This document shows positions 16,494 to 25,796 of a stretch of DNA of 64,000 bases, one piece after another. The position numbers and the translations under genes were made by a program. Positions within the stretch are counted from its first letter, which is position 1, and each line of letters opens with the position of its first letter. The notes under the pieces are model-generated. The model had not been told where the DNA came from and ran no database searches. It worked only from the letters and a program-made list of their open reading frames with translations. The DNA is from an uncultured Flavobacteriales bacterium. GTDB taxonomy: Bacteria > Bacteroidota > Bacteroidia > Flavobacteriales_D > Sanyastnellaceae. The DNA lies in NCBI GenBank assembly GCA_913041135.1, contig CAJWIF010000002.1, forward strand, positions 741 to 64,740, in the 5' to 3' direction.

Positions 16494-17951
16494 TTAGCGA
16501 ACGATTAATCGAGCGCTTTGCTTGTTTGCCGCTGAATGCCCTGACACGATGTAAATGCCAGAAGCCAAATCGCTGATGTCGAGGTTCACGCTACCAGAAG
16601 TAGGAACCGATAGACCATTCCATTCTTTTGCTAAAGCTCCACTCACGTGGTGAATTTGAATCATGTGGCAAGAAGCATCCACAGCATTGAGTACAATACT
16701 GTTGTTTGCTGGATTGGGATGGAGTAACATCGGTTCTGATGAACCGTTGAACTCGGCGACGTCGGTGTTGATTGCATTCACTAAAAACCCCTTGTTCAAG
16801 TTGGACCATGCACCGCTGTTGGATGCGGTGAAGATGGTGTTGATGTTTTGTAAATCATCATTGAATGTACTGAGGTCACATGCGATGTCTCCACCATTTC
16901 CGGTGAGGTCGTAAAGGTCGAAAGCATGGCAGCCAGTGGAAGGCAAAGACACCCACCACGTGTATTCTGTATTCGGTTCTGTCATCGATCCAAAGGGAGC
17001 GCCCTCTACTTCCGCTCCTGCGGCGTCGGAGATGGACCAGCTATTGTCTCCTGGAGTGTCATCTGTCGTCAAGCGCACACGAACCAAACTGGTACTTGTC
17101 TGTGAGCTGAGGTTCATCGTCGAAGAGATGCTGTTATTTGAATCATTGTCGTCTTCAGAAACGATATCAATGAAGAAAATTGAAGTCGTTGGAAAAACGG
17201 CATCACCGAGTTGAACGTCCTCGATTTCATACGTATCCAAGTTGCCTGACCATTCGTACGACAACAATTCGGTACCGAAAAGCGTGGTCGCTTCGAAGGT
17301 GCACGATGTCATCGGTGCCGTTCCATTGTTCATAACGCGAACACTCAAAGCAGCGGGTTCCCCTGGGCAACTGCGAATGGCACCGGTATAACTGAGAATA
17401 CGGGCGTCCGATGGAAAACTAGCAGCGGCACAATCTGTGGATTCTACGTAGTTCACATGAATGTTGTAACTCGCCTGACCGATTTGATTCAGCAATCCAT
17501 TGGGACATACAGTATACAAAGTGGGATAATAGGTGTTTTGATAACTACTGAAAATGTTGCCTGCATTGTCGATGATCGGATAGTTAACTCCTTCCGTCCA
17601 GTCACCCCACGTGTTTTGTCCCGTGCCATGCAAGTCCTCGTCAGTGGTGCTATCATCAGATTCAATGAAGAAAACACGGACTTCATTGGTTCCATTGGGA
17701 CCATGACTTTCATAGAGCTCTTCTAAAACGCCACTGGTGTGGTATGTCCAACACGGGCCACACCAAGTCGCTGAAAAATCTAAAATCACAGCATAGCCCG
17801 AGTCGAGGTAACTGTAAAGATTGTGTTCGATTCCATCAATATCAGTTGCTGTCCAATCTGGAGCAGCGGCACCATCAGGAAGTTGTGCATGCGACGCGGT
17901 CGATAGCATGAAAGCAAAGACAAAGGGAAGGATGAGTTTTAGACGATTCAT
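16494..17951 (-). CDS. T9SS-secreted thioredoxin-fold (TlpA/redoxin-like) protein, paralogue 1
   Basis: Signal peptide. DFSATWCGPCW active-site motif. Two middle beta-sandwich-like modules. C-terminal tail LLHPNPANNSIVL...GIYIVSGH...ARLIVR. Paralogous to 18070-19545. Confidence 0.8.
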   Translation of the reverse strand: MNRLKLILPFVFAFMLSTASHAQLPDGAAAPDWTATDIDGIEHNLYSYLDSGYAVILDFSATWCGPCWTYHTSGVLEELYESHGPNGTNEVRVFFIESDDSTTDEDLHGTGQNTWGDWTEGVNYPIIDNAGNIFSSYQNTYYPTLYTVCPNGLLNQIGQASYNIHVNYVESTDCAAASFPSDARILSYTGAIRSCPGEPAALSVRVMNNGTAPMTSCTFEATTLFGTELLSYEWSGNLDTYEIEDVQLGDAVFPTTSIFFIDIVSEDDNDSNNSISSTMNLSSQTSTSLVRVRLTTDDTPGDNSWSISDAAGAEVEGAPFGSMTEPNTEYTWWVSLPSTGCHAFDLYDLTGNGGDIACDLSTFNDDLQNINTIFTASNSGAWSNLNKGFLVNAINTDVAEFNGSSEPMLLHPNPANNSIVLNAVDASCHMIQIHHVSGALAKEWNGLSVPTSGSVNLDISDLASGIYIVSGHSAANKQSARLIVR

Positions 17952-18002
17952 GGCGGTTGTTTATGCGTGGGACCCCAATTTATGCCATGTGAGATACATA
18001 AC

Positions 18003-18045
18003 AATGAAAAAGTCCGCACCATCGTGAGTGATGATGCGGACTTTA
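18003..18045 (-). terminator. intrinsic terminator after thioredoxin paralogue 2
   Basis: Minus-strand RNA AAAGUCCGCAUCAUC-ACUCAC-GAUGGUGCGGACUUU forms a 15-bp stem (one G.U pair) and runs into a U tract, 25 nt after the stop codon. Confidence 0.7.
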
Positions 18046-18069
18046 ACAAAAAGTCGGGGCTGTTTGGAA

Positions 18070-19545
18070 TTACTTTAAAGTCACTCGCATTGTTGTTGTT
18101 TCTTCACCTGCATTGAGGGAGATCAAGTAAACACCAGCAGTGATGCCAGAAAAGTCCAATACGCGATTGTGCTCACCAGCCTGCATTGTACCAAAGTCAA
18201 CATTCATGATCTGCTGACCAATAAGGTTGCGAACGGCCATGCTGGCATTTGATGCTTGTTTCAACGAGAACTGCAATGTCGTTTGATCTGAGAAAGGGTT
18301 CGGGAACACCTTGGTAACCTCATTCAAAGACAACTCCTGGATCCCAGTGTTGACTGAAGTCACGGACAGACCGGCTGCTTCAGATTCAAACCCGTACGAT
18401 CCGTCATAGTCGTAAATGCTCGATACAAAGGTCAAGTTGTCATTGTACGTTTTAACTGTGCAGTAACCATCGTTCACTCCCCAAGCAGAGCCATTGATTC
18501 CGTCACCATATGAATCTTCAATCATAAAATTGTAGCATCCTTCAGAAGGAGCACTCACCCACCATTCAATAACATCCTCAGCTTCTCCAGCGATTTCGCC
18601 GACGTTAACTTGTTGAACTACTGCACCTGACGCATCGGTAATCGACCAGCCAAGTTCTTGTGGCCATGAATCGATCATAATTTCAATGTGAATCAAGGAC
18701 GTTCCTGAAGTAGCAAGCGCTACAGATCCCGGAGAGTTGTTGTTGGCTGTGTTGTCGTCCCCTGAAGTGATTTCGATGGTAAAGTTGGTGTCGCTGTCGA
18801 ATGTCGCGGTACCCAAATCAACGTTGGCAACACCATACGTGTCCAAATCGCCGGACCAGTCGTAGCTCAACAACTCTGTAGCGCCATCCATAACGGCGAT
18901 AGTGCAGTATTGCAAGTTCGTGACTCCCAAGTTCATCAGATCCACGCTCATGTTCACGGGCTCACCTGGGCAAGCAGTCGTTCCTCCAGTGTATCCCAAC
19001 AAAGCCGGATCGTTGATTAAAGATGCCGCAGCGCAATCGTTCGCTTGGAAGATTTGTGCGTGAGCATCAGCTGAACCCTGACCTGATTCCGTTAAAACAC
19101 GGTTCGGACAAATGGTGTAGACTGTAGGGTAGTAAGTGCAACCATAAGCATCGAAAATGTTAGCGGCATCGTCAATGATCGGGAAGTCGATGACCGAAGT
19201 CCAGTCTCCCTGTGTATTTGCACCTGTCCCGAGCAGATCATCCATTGTTGTGGAATCGTCAGACTCAATGTGAAAAACGCGAACCTCATCGGTTCCGTCA
19301 GGACCATACGTTTCATATACTTCTTCTAAGGCGCCTCCGACCGCGTAGCTCCAGCAAGGGCCACACCAAGTCGCAGAAAAGTCTACGATGACCTTCTTGC
19401 CTTCATCGAGGAGTTCATACAAGTTATGCTCCACACCATCAATATCAGTGGCAGTGAAATCTGGAGCAATGCTGCCGTCTGGCAACTGAGCGAAAGAAGC
19501 AACGCCGATAAGGAGTGCCGCGATCAGGGAGTAAATGTGCTTCAT
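18070..19545 (-). CDS. T9SS-secreted thioredoxin-fold (TlpA/redoxin-like) protein, paralogue 2
   Basis: Signal peptide and DFSATWCGPCW motif. A module with GCYNFMIEDSYGDGI. C-terminal tail KVFPNPFSDQTTLQF...GVYLISL...MRVTLK. Confidence 0.8.
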   Translation of the reverse strand: MKHIYSLIAALLIGVASFAQLPDGSIAPDFTATDIDGVEHNLYELLDEGKKVIVDFSATWCGPCWSYAVGGALEEVYETYGPDGTDEVRVFHIESDDSTTMDDLLGTGANTQGDWTSVIDFPIIDDAANIFDAYGCTYYPTVYTICPNRVLTESGQGSADAHAQIFQANDCAAASLINDPALLGYTGGTTACPGEPVNMSVDLMNLGVTNLQYCTIAVMDGATELLSYDWSGDLDTYGVANVDLGTATFDSDTNFTIEITSGDDNTANNNSPGSVALATSGTSLIHIEIMIDSWPQELGWSITDASGAVVQQVNVGEIAGEAEDVIEWWVSAPSEGCYNFMIEDSYGDGINGSAWGVNDGYCTVKTYNDNLTFVSSIYDYDGSYGFESEAAGLSVTSVNTGIQELSLNEVTKVFPNPFSDQTTLQFSLKQASNASMAVRNLIGQQIMNVDFGTMQAGEHNRVLDFSGITAGVYLISLNAGEETTTMRVTLK

Positions 19546-19620
19546 CTAAAACAGTTTAATTAGGTTTCAATTTCTTAAAAGCACATAACAAATTGATGTT
19601 GTGTGCTATTGCAAGAGTTC

Positions 19621-19628
19621 CAAATGTA
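19621..19628 (-). promoter_or_regulatory. -7 promoter box TACATTTG for thioredoxin paralogue 2
   Basis: The reverse complement of caaatgta is a perfect TAnnTTTG match, about 75 nt upstream of the ATG at 19545, within the largest intergenic gap in the window. Confidence 0.35.
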
Positions 19629-19741
19629 ATGATTGTCACTTACTCAATGTGACATTTAGCACATAAAAAAACCGATAAGAACGGATTTTTAACATGTTCA
19701 GGGCAATACAAATGAATGAATAAGTAATAAATCCGAGTATT

Positions 19742-21442
19742 TTAAAAACTCGATGAAAAGTTCACTTCAAAGCCATTTGAAGCGGGGACTGCTCGGCAGA
19801 CTCCACCAATGCAAAAGATTCCCTCTCTTCGTTTTCCGTAACCAATGGACAAGCGATGGGGCCCCTCGATGCGTCCCACGGCAGCGTAGACATAATGCAC
19901 GCGATCCGCTTCATTCGGGTTGCTAAAGTTGTATTGGTCGAGAACGCTGGCAAACCAATGGGGACTCCACGTGTATTCTGCAAGGATGGTGCCCCAATCC
20001 CGTTTGTCTTGATCCGTCAGTAACAATTGAAATTCTGTCCGGAGGCTTTCGCGTTTGGCTGTTTTCCATTGAGTTTCCAAGACGTGGATATCGGCATAAA
20101 CCATGCCCTTGAAAGTGGTCGTAACCGGCGTAGTCAGCGTGTTAAATTCCAGATTGTAGAATGTGTATTTCCACTTGAACGTTTTGGAAACTTTGCGGCT
20201 AATCTGCACGTTGAAATCCCGAACAAACTTGGTAGGGCCAAAGCGCCAAGATTGCCTTTCGTACCCGTCTATCACCCCCTGTACCCCACTTAAGTTGGTG
20301 GTGTCTAAACCATTGGCTGCAGCAAAATTGACACTGACATTCGTGCCGTATTTACCACCCAAAAGGGTGCCTTTCTTGATGTTGTAAAAGACTTCGGCAC
20401 TCAGGCTAGACTCACCGGAAATGACGGTCGCGTATGGATAGAGCGTCGCAGCCAAATTGTATGTGTGTTGCTGTGTGATGGCGGGGATGTAATTGATCGG
20501 GGAATCAAAAAGGAGCACATCCCGGTCCGACCGAAAGCTCATGTTATCAACCGTTTTCGCGTGAACACTGATCCCCAAGCCACGTTTGGTGAAGCCGAGA
20601 TGCGCCATGAGCGCCTCGCCTCTTCGATACGTGTATCCATTGTCAGCACTTGGGTCATTGATTTTAGCAGCGTATTCCGCACCCGCAGACCATCCCTTGC
20701 GCATGAGGTCCAGCCTATAGGACCACGCCCCCACATTTTCAGGAAGTGTCAAGATGAGTGTGTCGCTTGCAATGGTTCCTCCCGCTTGGAATTTGCTAAC
20801 GAAGTTGGCCCCGAGATTCACCTTGGTCTTCCAGTTTTGCCCGCCCTTTTTCGAGAAAAGCGCATTGAGATCCAAGTCGCCATCAATGCCACGTACAATG
20901 CCGTCTCCATTGATCAAGCCATCGTCAAAGTCAAAACGCTGTTTACCATAAATGGTTTTGATTTGGATTCCTTCGATGGGCCTCAAGATGATGCGAACAC
21001 CGTCCATGGCATTGTCAATTCCAAGGGCTCTTTCTTCATATGACCGCAACACGATGCCACTTCCGAATTGCTCGTAAAAATTACCGATGGTCACGTCAAC
21101 ATTTTGGGAAGGCGAGGCATACCGAGCAAAACGATATCCAATTCCACTTCCTTTGAATCGTCCGGGAAAACCCAAGACGGCATTGAGATACGATTCATAC
21201 CGAAAGCCAGCACTGAACCCTCCTTGATTGTAGCGCAAGTTGCCGTAGGCGTTATATCCTGTTTTTTCAGGGGGAACAATGGCGCCGATGCGTTCGTCTT
21301 CGCTATACGATTGCCACAGCACTTGGAAATTTCCCGAAACAGGTCCGGTGCCTTCCGTGGTGCTCTCGGGGCCATCGCCTTGCGCGATCACATTGTTCAG
21401 GCCAAGACCCAGGAAGAAGAGCAGAAAAAGGGTTTTTCTCAT
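19742..21442 (-). CDS. large outer-membrane beta-barrel protein (DUF6029-like)
   Basis: 566 aa with a signal peptide, a strand-like pattern throughout, and a C-terminal ...NFSSSF ending in Phe (OMP beta-signal). FYEQFGSGIVLRSYEERALGIDN resembles what I recall of DUF6029. The ATG overlaps the tlpA-like stop (ATGA). Confidence 0.55.
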   Translation of the reverse strand: MRKTLFLLFFLGLGLNNVIAQGDGPESTTEGTGPVSGNFQVLWQSYSEDERIGAIVPPEKTGYNAYGNLRYNQGGFSAGFRYESYLNAVLGFPGRFKGSGIGYRFARYASPSQNVDVTIGNFYEQFGSGIVLRSYEERALGIDNAMDGVRIILRPIEGIQIKTIYGKQRFDFDDGLINGDGIVRGIDGDLDLNALFSKKGGQNWKTKVNLGANFVSKFQAGGTIASDTLILTLPENVGAWSYRLDLMRKGWSAGAEYAAKINDPSADNGYTYRRGEALMAHLGFTKRGLGISVHAKTVDNMSFRSDRDVLLFDSPINYIPAITQQHTYNLAATLYPYATVISGESSLSAEVFYNIKKGTLLGGKYGTNVSVNFAAANGLDTTNLSGVQGVIDGYERQSWRFGPTKFVRDFNVQISRKVSKTFKWKYTFYNLEFNTLTTPVTTTFKGMVYADIHVLETQWKTAKRESLRTEFQLLLTDQDKRDWGTILAEYTWSPHWFASVLDQYNFSNPNEADRVHYVYAAVGRIEGPHRLSIGYGKRREGIFCIGGVCRAVPASNGFEVNFSSSF

Positions 21443-21966
21443 TGGACCAATTTGAGGAGTTGCTCGTACACCTCTTCCTCGTCACCATCGGAATAATTAT
21501 TGTGCTGCCACACAATTTGACCATATCCGTTCACAAGAAACGTGTGCGGAACATTGACCACTTGCATGGCTCGAGCAAAATCTCTGTTGGGATCGAGAAG
21601 AACAGTGTAGTCCCACATAACACTATTCACATAAGGTGCTACACGGCGAACACTTCGAGAGTCATCGATGCTGACGGCTACAATTTGAACGCCAGTCTCG
21701 TCTTGCCAATCTTCATAAAGTTCGGCGTAGTTATTGAGTTCCCGCTTGCAAGGGCTGCACCAGGTGGCCCAAAAACAAATCAATGTAGGAGTTCCTTCCG
21801 CATAGAGACTGGAGATGGGAACCATTTGGCCTTCCATGTCTTTCAATTCCATCTCGGGCAAACGACTTGCAGATTGTGACGACGTCTGCGCAAAAGCAAA
21901 GTTCGAAGCAACGCACCAGAGTGCAGTTAACGCGATCCATCTTGCCAGCTTTGTGGTTTTGTTCAT
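21439..21966 (-). CDS. TlpA-family periplasmic thiol:disulfide oxidoreductase
   Basis: Signal peptide from ATG 21966 (MNKTTKLARWIALTALW). Active site FWATWCSPCKRE. About 175 aa. The track ORF extends to 22056. Confidence 0.85.
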   Translation of the reverse strand: MNKTTKLARWIALTALWCVASNFAFAQTSSQSASRLPEMELKDMEGQMVPISSLYAEGTPTLICFWATWCSPCKRELNNYAELYEDWQDETGVQIVAVSIDDSRSVRRVAPYVNSVMWDYTVLLDPNRDFARAMQVVNVPHTFLVNGYGQIVWQHNNYSDGDEEEVYEQLLKLVQ

Positions 21967-22074
21967 TCTGTAAAGTCTTTGATGCCAATCAGGGTTCGGC
22001 AAGGTAAGGGATTCAATTTCAAACCTGACTTCAACGTTATGCAAAATCCGCGCCATGATAGGTATCTTCGCCCA

Positions 22075-22869
22075 ATGAAATGCTTTAATATTCTACCGAT
22101 TTTCTGTGTTTTAGGGGCTCTTATGGTCAATCAAACAGCATGGTGTCAAGTCACTTTGATTGATGCGGTTGAAGTTTTTGAAGGTGCCTTATCAGATCCT
22201 GAAAACAATGAGATTGCCGTGCACTGGGATGTCGCTAATTTGACGACGGACACGTTGAAGTTGATTGTGTCGAGACAGGTTGTGCAAGGAGTAGAACCCT
22301 TTAATCTGCCTTACGTGGAGGACGAAGATGGCAATCCAGCTCCCGGCGCATACGAGCGCTTCTGCTGGGGGCCGTTATGTTACCCATATGGCACAGCGAT
22401 GTCCAATACGTCGTCCAATCTTGTTGTGACCATTCTTCCTGGTGAAACGGACTCTTCGTTTTTCGCAGATTATTATCCAGCAGGAGTCGCCGGAGTTACC
22501 GCTTTGGAATATTGTTTCGCTCCGATCACCGATATCAGCAATGGCGTTTGCCATACCGTGTTGTTTTGCCTTGATGCTGAAAATTGCGCGCTTGGAACAG
22601 CTGATGCTGAAGTCACACTCGAATGGGGAGTCATTCAACCCATGCCAGTTCGCGGATTGTCAACGTTGTCGTATCAATTGAAAGCCGGACAAAGCGGTCA
22701 GGTTCATATCTATAACGCTGCAGGTCAGGCGGTCTGGTCGCGTGCTGTTAACCAATCCCATGGCTTGATTTACATCGATGGGAATGACATGGCTGAAGGA
22801 CTCTATTTCCTCTCATTGGAAGTCAATGGCGCTCGCCCTCAGACTCAGCGATTCGTTGTTCAACATTGA
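22075..22869 (+). CDS. Cys-rich hypothetical protein with T9SS C-terminal domain
   Basis: Signal peptide from ATG 22075 (MKCFNILPIFCVLGALMV). Eight Cys in the mature part. C-terminal tail IQPMPVRGLSTLSY...GLYFLSLEV...QRFVVQH. Confidence 0.5.
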   Translation: MKCFNILPIFCVLGALMVNQTAWCQVTLIDAVEVFEGALSDPENNEIAVHWDVANLTTDTLKLIVSRQVVQGVEPFNLPYVEDEDGNPAPGAYERFCWGPLCYPYGTAMSNTSSNLVVTILPGETDSSFFADYYPAGVAGVTALEYCFAPITDISNGVCHTVLFCLDAENCALGTADAEVTLEWGVIQPMPVRGLSTLSYQLKAGQSGQVHIYNAAGQAVWSRAVNQSHGLIYIDGNDMAEGLYFLSLEVNGARPQTQRFVVQH

Positions 22870-22928
22870 GTCAAAAGTGATCAGGGAATTGGAATTGACT
22901 CGAGACACGAATATTTAGGATACGAACC

Positions 22929-25202
22929 ATGAGTTCATCTACGAAGCAAGAGGCGTTGGATTACCATAGTCGTGCGAGGATTGGGAAAATAGAGGTCATT
23001 CCTACAAAGCCGCATAGTTCGCAAAAGGATCTGTCGTTGGCTTACAGCCCTGGAGTAGCTGAGCCGTGCATGGAAATTGCGGCTAATCCCGAAGATGTTT
23101 ACAAGTACACAGCCAAGGGCAATCTTGTTGCGGTCATCTCCAATGGAACTGCTGTGCTTGGTTTGGGCAACATTGGCCCGGAAGCAAGCAAGCCGGTCAT
23201 GGAGGGTAAAGCCATTCTTTTCAAGATTTTTGCAGACATCGATGTGTTTGATATTGAGGTAGACGCATCGGATGTGGATCAGTTTGTAGCGACCGTTAAG
23301 GCCATTGCTCCGACGTTTGGAGGAATCAATCTTGAAGACATTAAAGCCCCAGAGGCTTTTGAAATTGAACGGCGCCTGAAGGCTGAATTGGACATCCCAA
23401 TCATGCACGATGACCAACATGGAACAGCGATTATTTCTGCCGCGGCATTGTTGAATGCATTGGAATTAGCGGATAAATCAATACAAGATATTCGGTTGGT
23501 CGTCAGTGGTGCTGGAGCTGCAGCGATGAGCTGTATTGATCTGTATGAGCAATTGGGATTGACGCTCAATCAAGTCGATGTCTTTGATAGCAAAGGCCAC
23601 ATCCATGCGGGAAGAGAAGGTTTGGATCCATCGAAGCAGCGGTTTGCGGGTAAACGACATTTTGAAAGTCTCGAGGCTGCCATGAAAGGAGCCGATGTGT
23701 TTTTGGGGTTGAGCAAGGGGGGTGTTGTGCAGGGGTCGATGATCCAGGGCATGGCAGCAAACCCCATCGTTTTTGCGTTGGCCAATCCCGACCCGGAAAT
23801 CCCTTACGATGAGGCGCTGGCTGTTCGCAGCGACATCATTATGGCAACCGGCCGGTCGGATCATCCCAACCAGGTCAACAATGTTTTGGGCTTCCCGTTC
23901 ATTTTTCGAGGCGCCTTGGATGTGCGCGCGACGGGAATTAATGATGCCATGAAATTAGCGGCTGTGCATGCCATCGCTGAATTGGCCAAAGAAAACGTGC
24001 CAGACGAGGTAGCAGAAGCATATGGTCACCAATCGTTTGTGTTTGGCCGTGACCTGATCATCCCGAAACCGTTGGACCCTCGCTTGATCTCTCACATTGC
24101 ACCTGCTGTCGCCAAGGCCGCTATGGAATCGGGCATTGCCAAGGCCCCTATACACGATTGGGAAGCATACAAAGTTGAACTTCTTGAGCGATTGGGTCAC
24201 GATAGCGGATTCTCACGGACCCTTTCCGAAAGGGCCAAGAAGTCTCCAAAACGGGTGGTTTTTGCTGAAGCGGACCACTATCGTGTGTTGAAAGCAGCGG
24301 AACAAACGGCGGAAGAAGGAATTGCTCAACCTATTTTGTTGGGACGACGGTCAGTCATCGAACGTTTGATTGAAGAGCATTCACTCGAATTGCCCAACGT
24401 TGAAATTATCAATCCCCGATCGGATGATGAACTCGAGCGGCGGAAGGATTTTGGGGCAGCGTTCTTCCAACGAAGAATGCGGCATGGATTGACATCGCGA
24501 GAAGGGGAACGCTTGATGCGTCAGCGCAATTATTTTGGAGCCATGTTGGTTCAAACGGGATATGCTGACGCCCTTATTTCGGGCTTGACACGGACGTATC
24601 CCAGTGTGATTCGGCCGGCTTTACAAGTCATTGGTAAAGCCGACGGGGTGGACAAGGTAGCGGGCATGTACATATTGGAAACCAAGCGAGGCCCTATGTT
24701 TTTTGCGGATACGACAGTCAACGTCAATCCTACAGCAGAGGAAATCGCATCGATTGCAGCCTTGACTGCAGATGCCGTCCGCAAACTGAGAATTGTTCCG
24801 CGAATTGCATTGTTGAGCTACTCTAACTTTGGTTCAGCAGGAGGAGCCGATGCGGAAAAGATGGCAAGGGCAGCAGTATTGCTGAAGGAAAGACACCCTG
24901 ACTTGATTGTTGACGGTGAGATTCAAGCCAACTTTGCTTTGAATGATGAGTTGCTTTCTGAATCCTTTCCCTTCTCAACCTTGCACAACAAACGTGTCAA
25001 TACCCTGATATTTCCGAATTTGTCTGCAGGAAATATTGCCTACAAGCTCTTGCAAGAAATGGCAGGGATTGAAGTCCAGGGTCCCGTACTTTTGGGCATG
25101 CGGAAATCGTTTCATGTTCTGCAAATGGGCTCTTCAGTTCGTGAAATTCACGACATGGTGCGCCTTGCCGTTGTTGATGCTCAAATTAAAAACCCAGCAT
25201 GA
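22929..25202 (+). CDS. maeB: NADP-dependent malic enzyme with C-terminal phosphate-acetyltransferase-like domain
   Basis: 757 aa. [31 protein letters not shown] and GAGAA match malic enzyme. The C-terminal 330 aa is PTA-like, as in MaeB. Confidence 0.95.
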   Translation: MSSSTKQEALDYHSRARIGKIEVIPTKPHSSQKDLSLAYSPGVAEPCMEIAANPEDVYKYTAKGNLVAVISNGTAVLGLGNIGPEASKPVMEGKAILFKIFADIDVFDIEVDASDVDQFVATVKAIAPTFGGINLEDIKAPEAFEIERRLKAELDIPIMHDDQHGTAIISAAALLNALELADKSIQDIRLVVSGAGAAAMSCIDLYEQLGLTLNQVDVFDSKGHIHAGREGLDPSKQRFAGKRHFESLEAAMKGADVFLGLSKGGVVQGSMIQGMAANPIVFALANPDPEIPYDEALAVRSDIIMATGRSDHPNQVNNVLGFPFIFRGALDVRATGINDAMKLAAVHAIAELAKENVPDEVAEAYGHQSFVFGRDLIIPKPLDPRLISHIAPAVAKAAMESGIAKAPIHDWEAYKVELLERLGHDSGFSRTLSERAKKSPKRVVFAEADHYRVLKAAEQTAEEGIAQPILLGRRSVIERLIEEHSLELPNVEIINPRSDDELERRKDFGAAFFQRRMRHGLTSREGERLMRQRNYFGAMLVQTGYADALISGLTRTYPSVIRPALQVIGKADGVDKVAGMYILETKRGPMFFADTTVNVNPTAEEIASIAALTADAVRKLRIVPRIALLSYSNFGSAGGADAEKMARAAVLLKERHPDLIVDGEIQANFALNDELLSESFPFSTLHNKRVNTLIFPNLSAGNIAYKLLQEMAGIEVQGPVLLGMRKSFHVLQMGSSVREIHDMVRLAVVDAQIKNPA

Positions 25203-25795
25203 TTCATCACTTGAATGGGCGTTTGGTCGAAAAAACGCCAACATATGCTGTCATTGAATGTGGTGGTGTAGGATATCAGGTTCACATTAGTTTAACCACG
25301 TTTGAGCGCATAGGATCGAATGAAAACATCGTGTTGCACACGCACATGGTGGTTCGAGAAGATGCGCAACTTCTCTATGGATTTTCGCATCCTGAAGAGC
25401 GTGAATTGTTCTTATTGCTAATCGGAGTTAGCGGTGTAGGAGCCAATACAGCACGAATGGTTCTGAGCGCGATGGACCCAGAAACGGCCAGGCAATCGAT
25501 TCAGATGGGAGATGTGGATGCCATGAAAAGTGTCAAAGGCATCGGAGCGAAAACAGCGCAACGAATCATCATTGATTTACAGGATAAAGTCGGTGCAGTG
25601 TCTGCCTCGGATGGTGCAGTGATGTCGTCTTCAAAAAGGGCCCACAATAATGTTCGTCAAGATGCGTTAATTGCGCTCACCACATTGGGCTTTGATCGGG
25701 CGCGATGTGATAAAGCAATGGACCAAATTATAGGAGACTCCGCTGAGCCTATGGCTGTGGAGTCCTTAATTAAACAAGCCTTGAAGCGGTTGTGA
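25199..25795 (+). CDS. ruvA: Holliday junction branch migration protein RuvA
   Basis: [28 protein letters not shown]..., an HhH region GVSGVGANTA / VKGIGAKTAQRI, 198 aa. The ATG overlaps the maeB stop (ATGA). Confidence 0.9.
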   Translation: MIHHLNGRLVEKTPTYAVIECGGVGYQVHISLTTFERIGSNENIVLHTHMVVREDAQLLYGFSHPEERELFLLLIGVSGVGANTARMVLSAMDPETARQSIQMGDVDAMKSVKGIGAKTAQRIIIDLQDKVGAVSASDGAVMSSSKRAHNNVRQDALIALTTLGFDRARCDKAMDQIIGDSAEPMAVESLIKQALKRL

Positions 25796-25796
25796 T

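Noticed and set aside
16494-19545. The two thioredoxin genes considered as a DNA-level repeat or recent duplication.
   Set aside because: Similarity is clear at the protein level but diverged at the nucleotide level, and the C-terminal halves differ substantially. They are old paralogues, not a repeat element.
19634-19654. Inverted repeat TGTCAC-N9-GTGACA over the -33 region of the thioredoxin paralogue 2 promoter, a possible operator.
   Set aside because: A 6-bp arm palindrome with a free spacer of 0-15 nt is expected by chance about once in a region of this size. There is no second copy elsewhere in the window.
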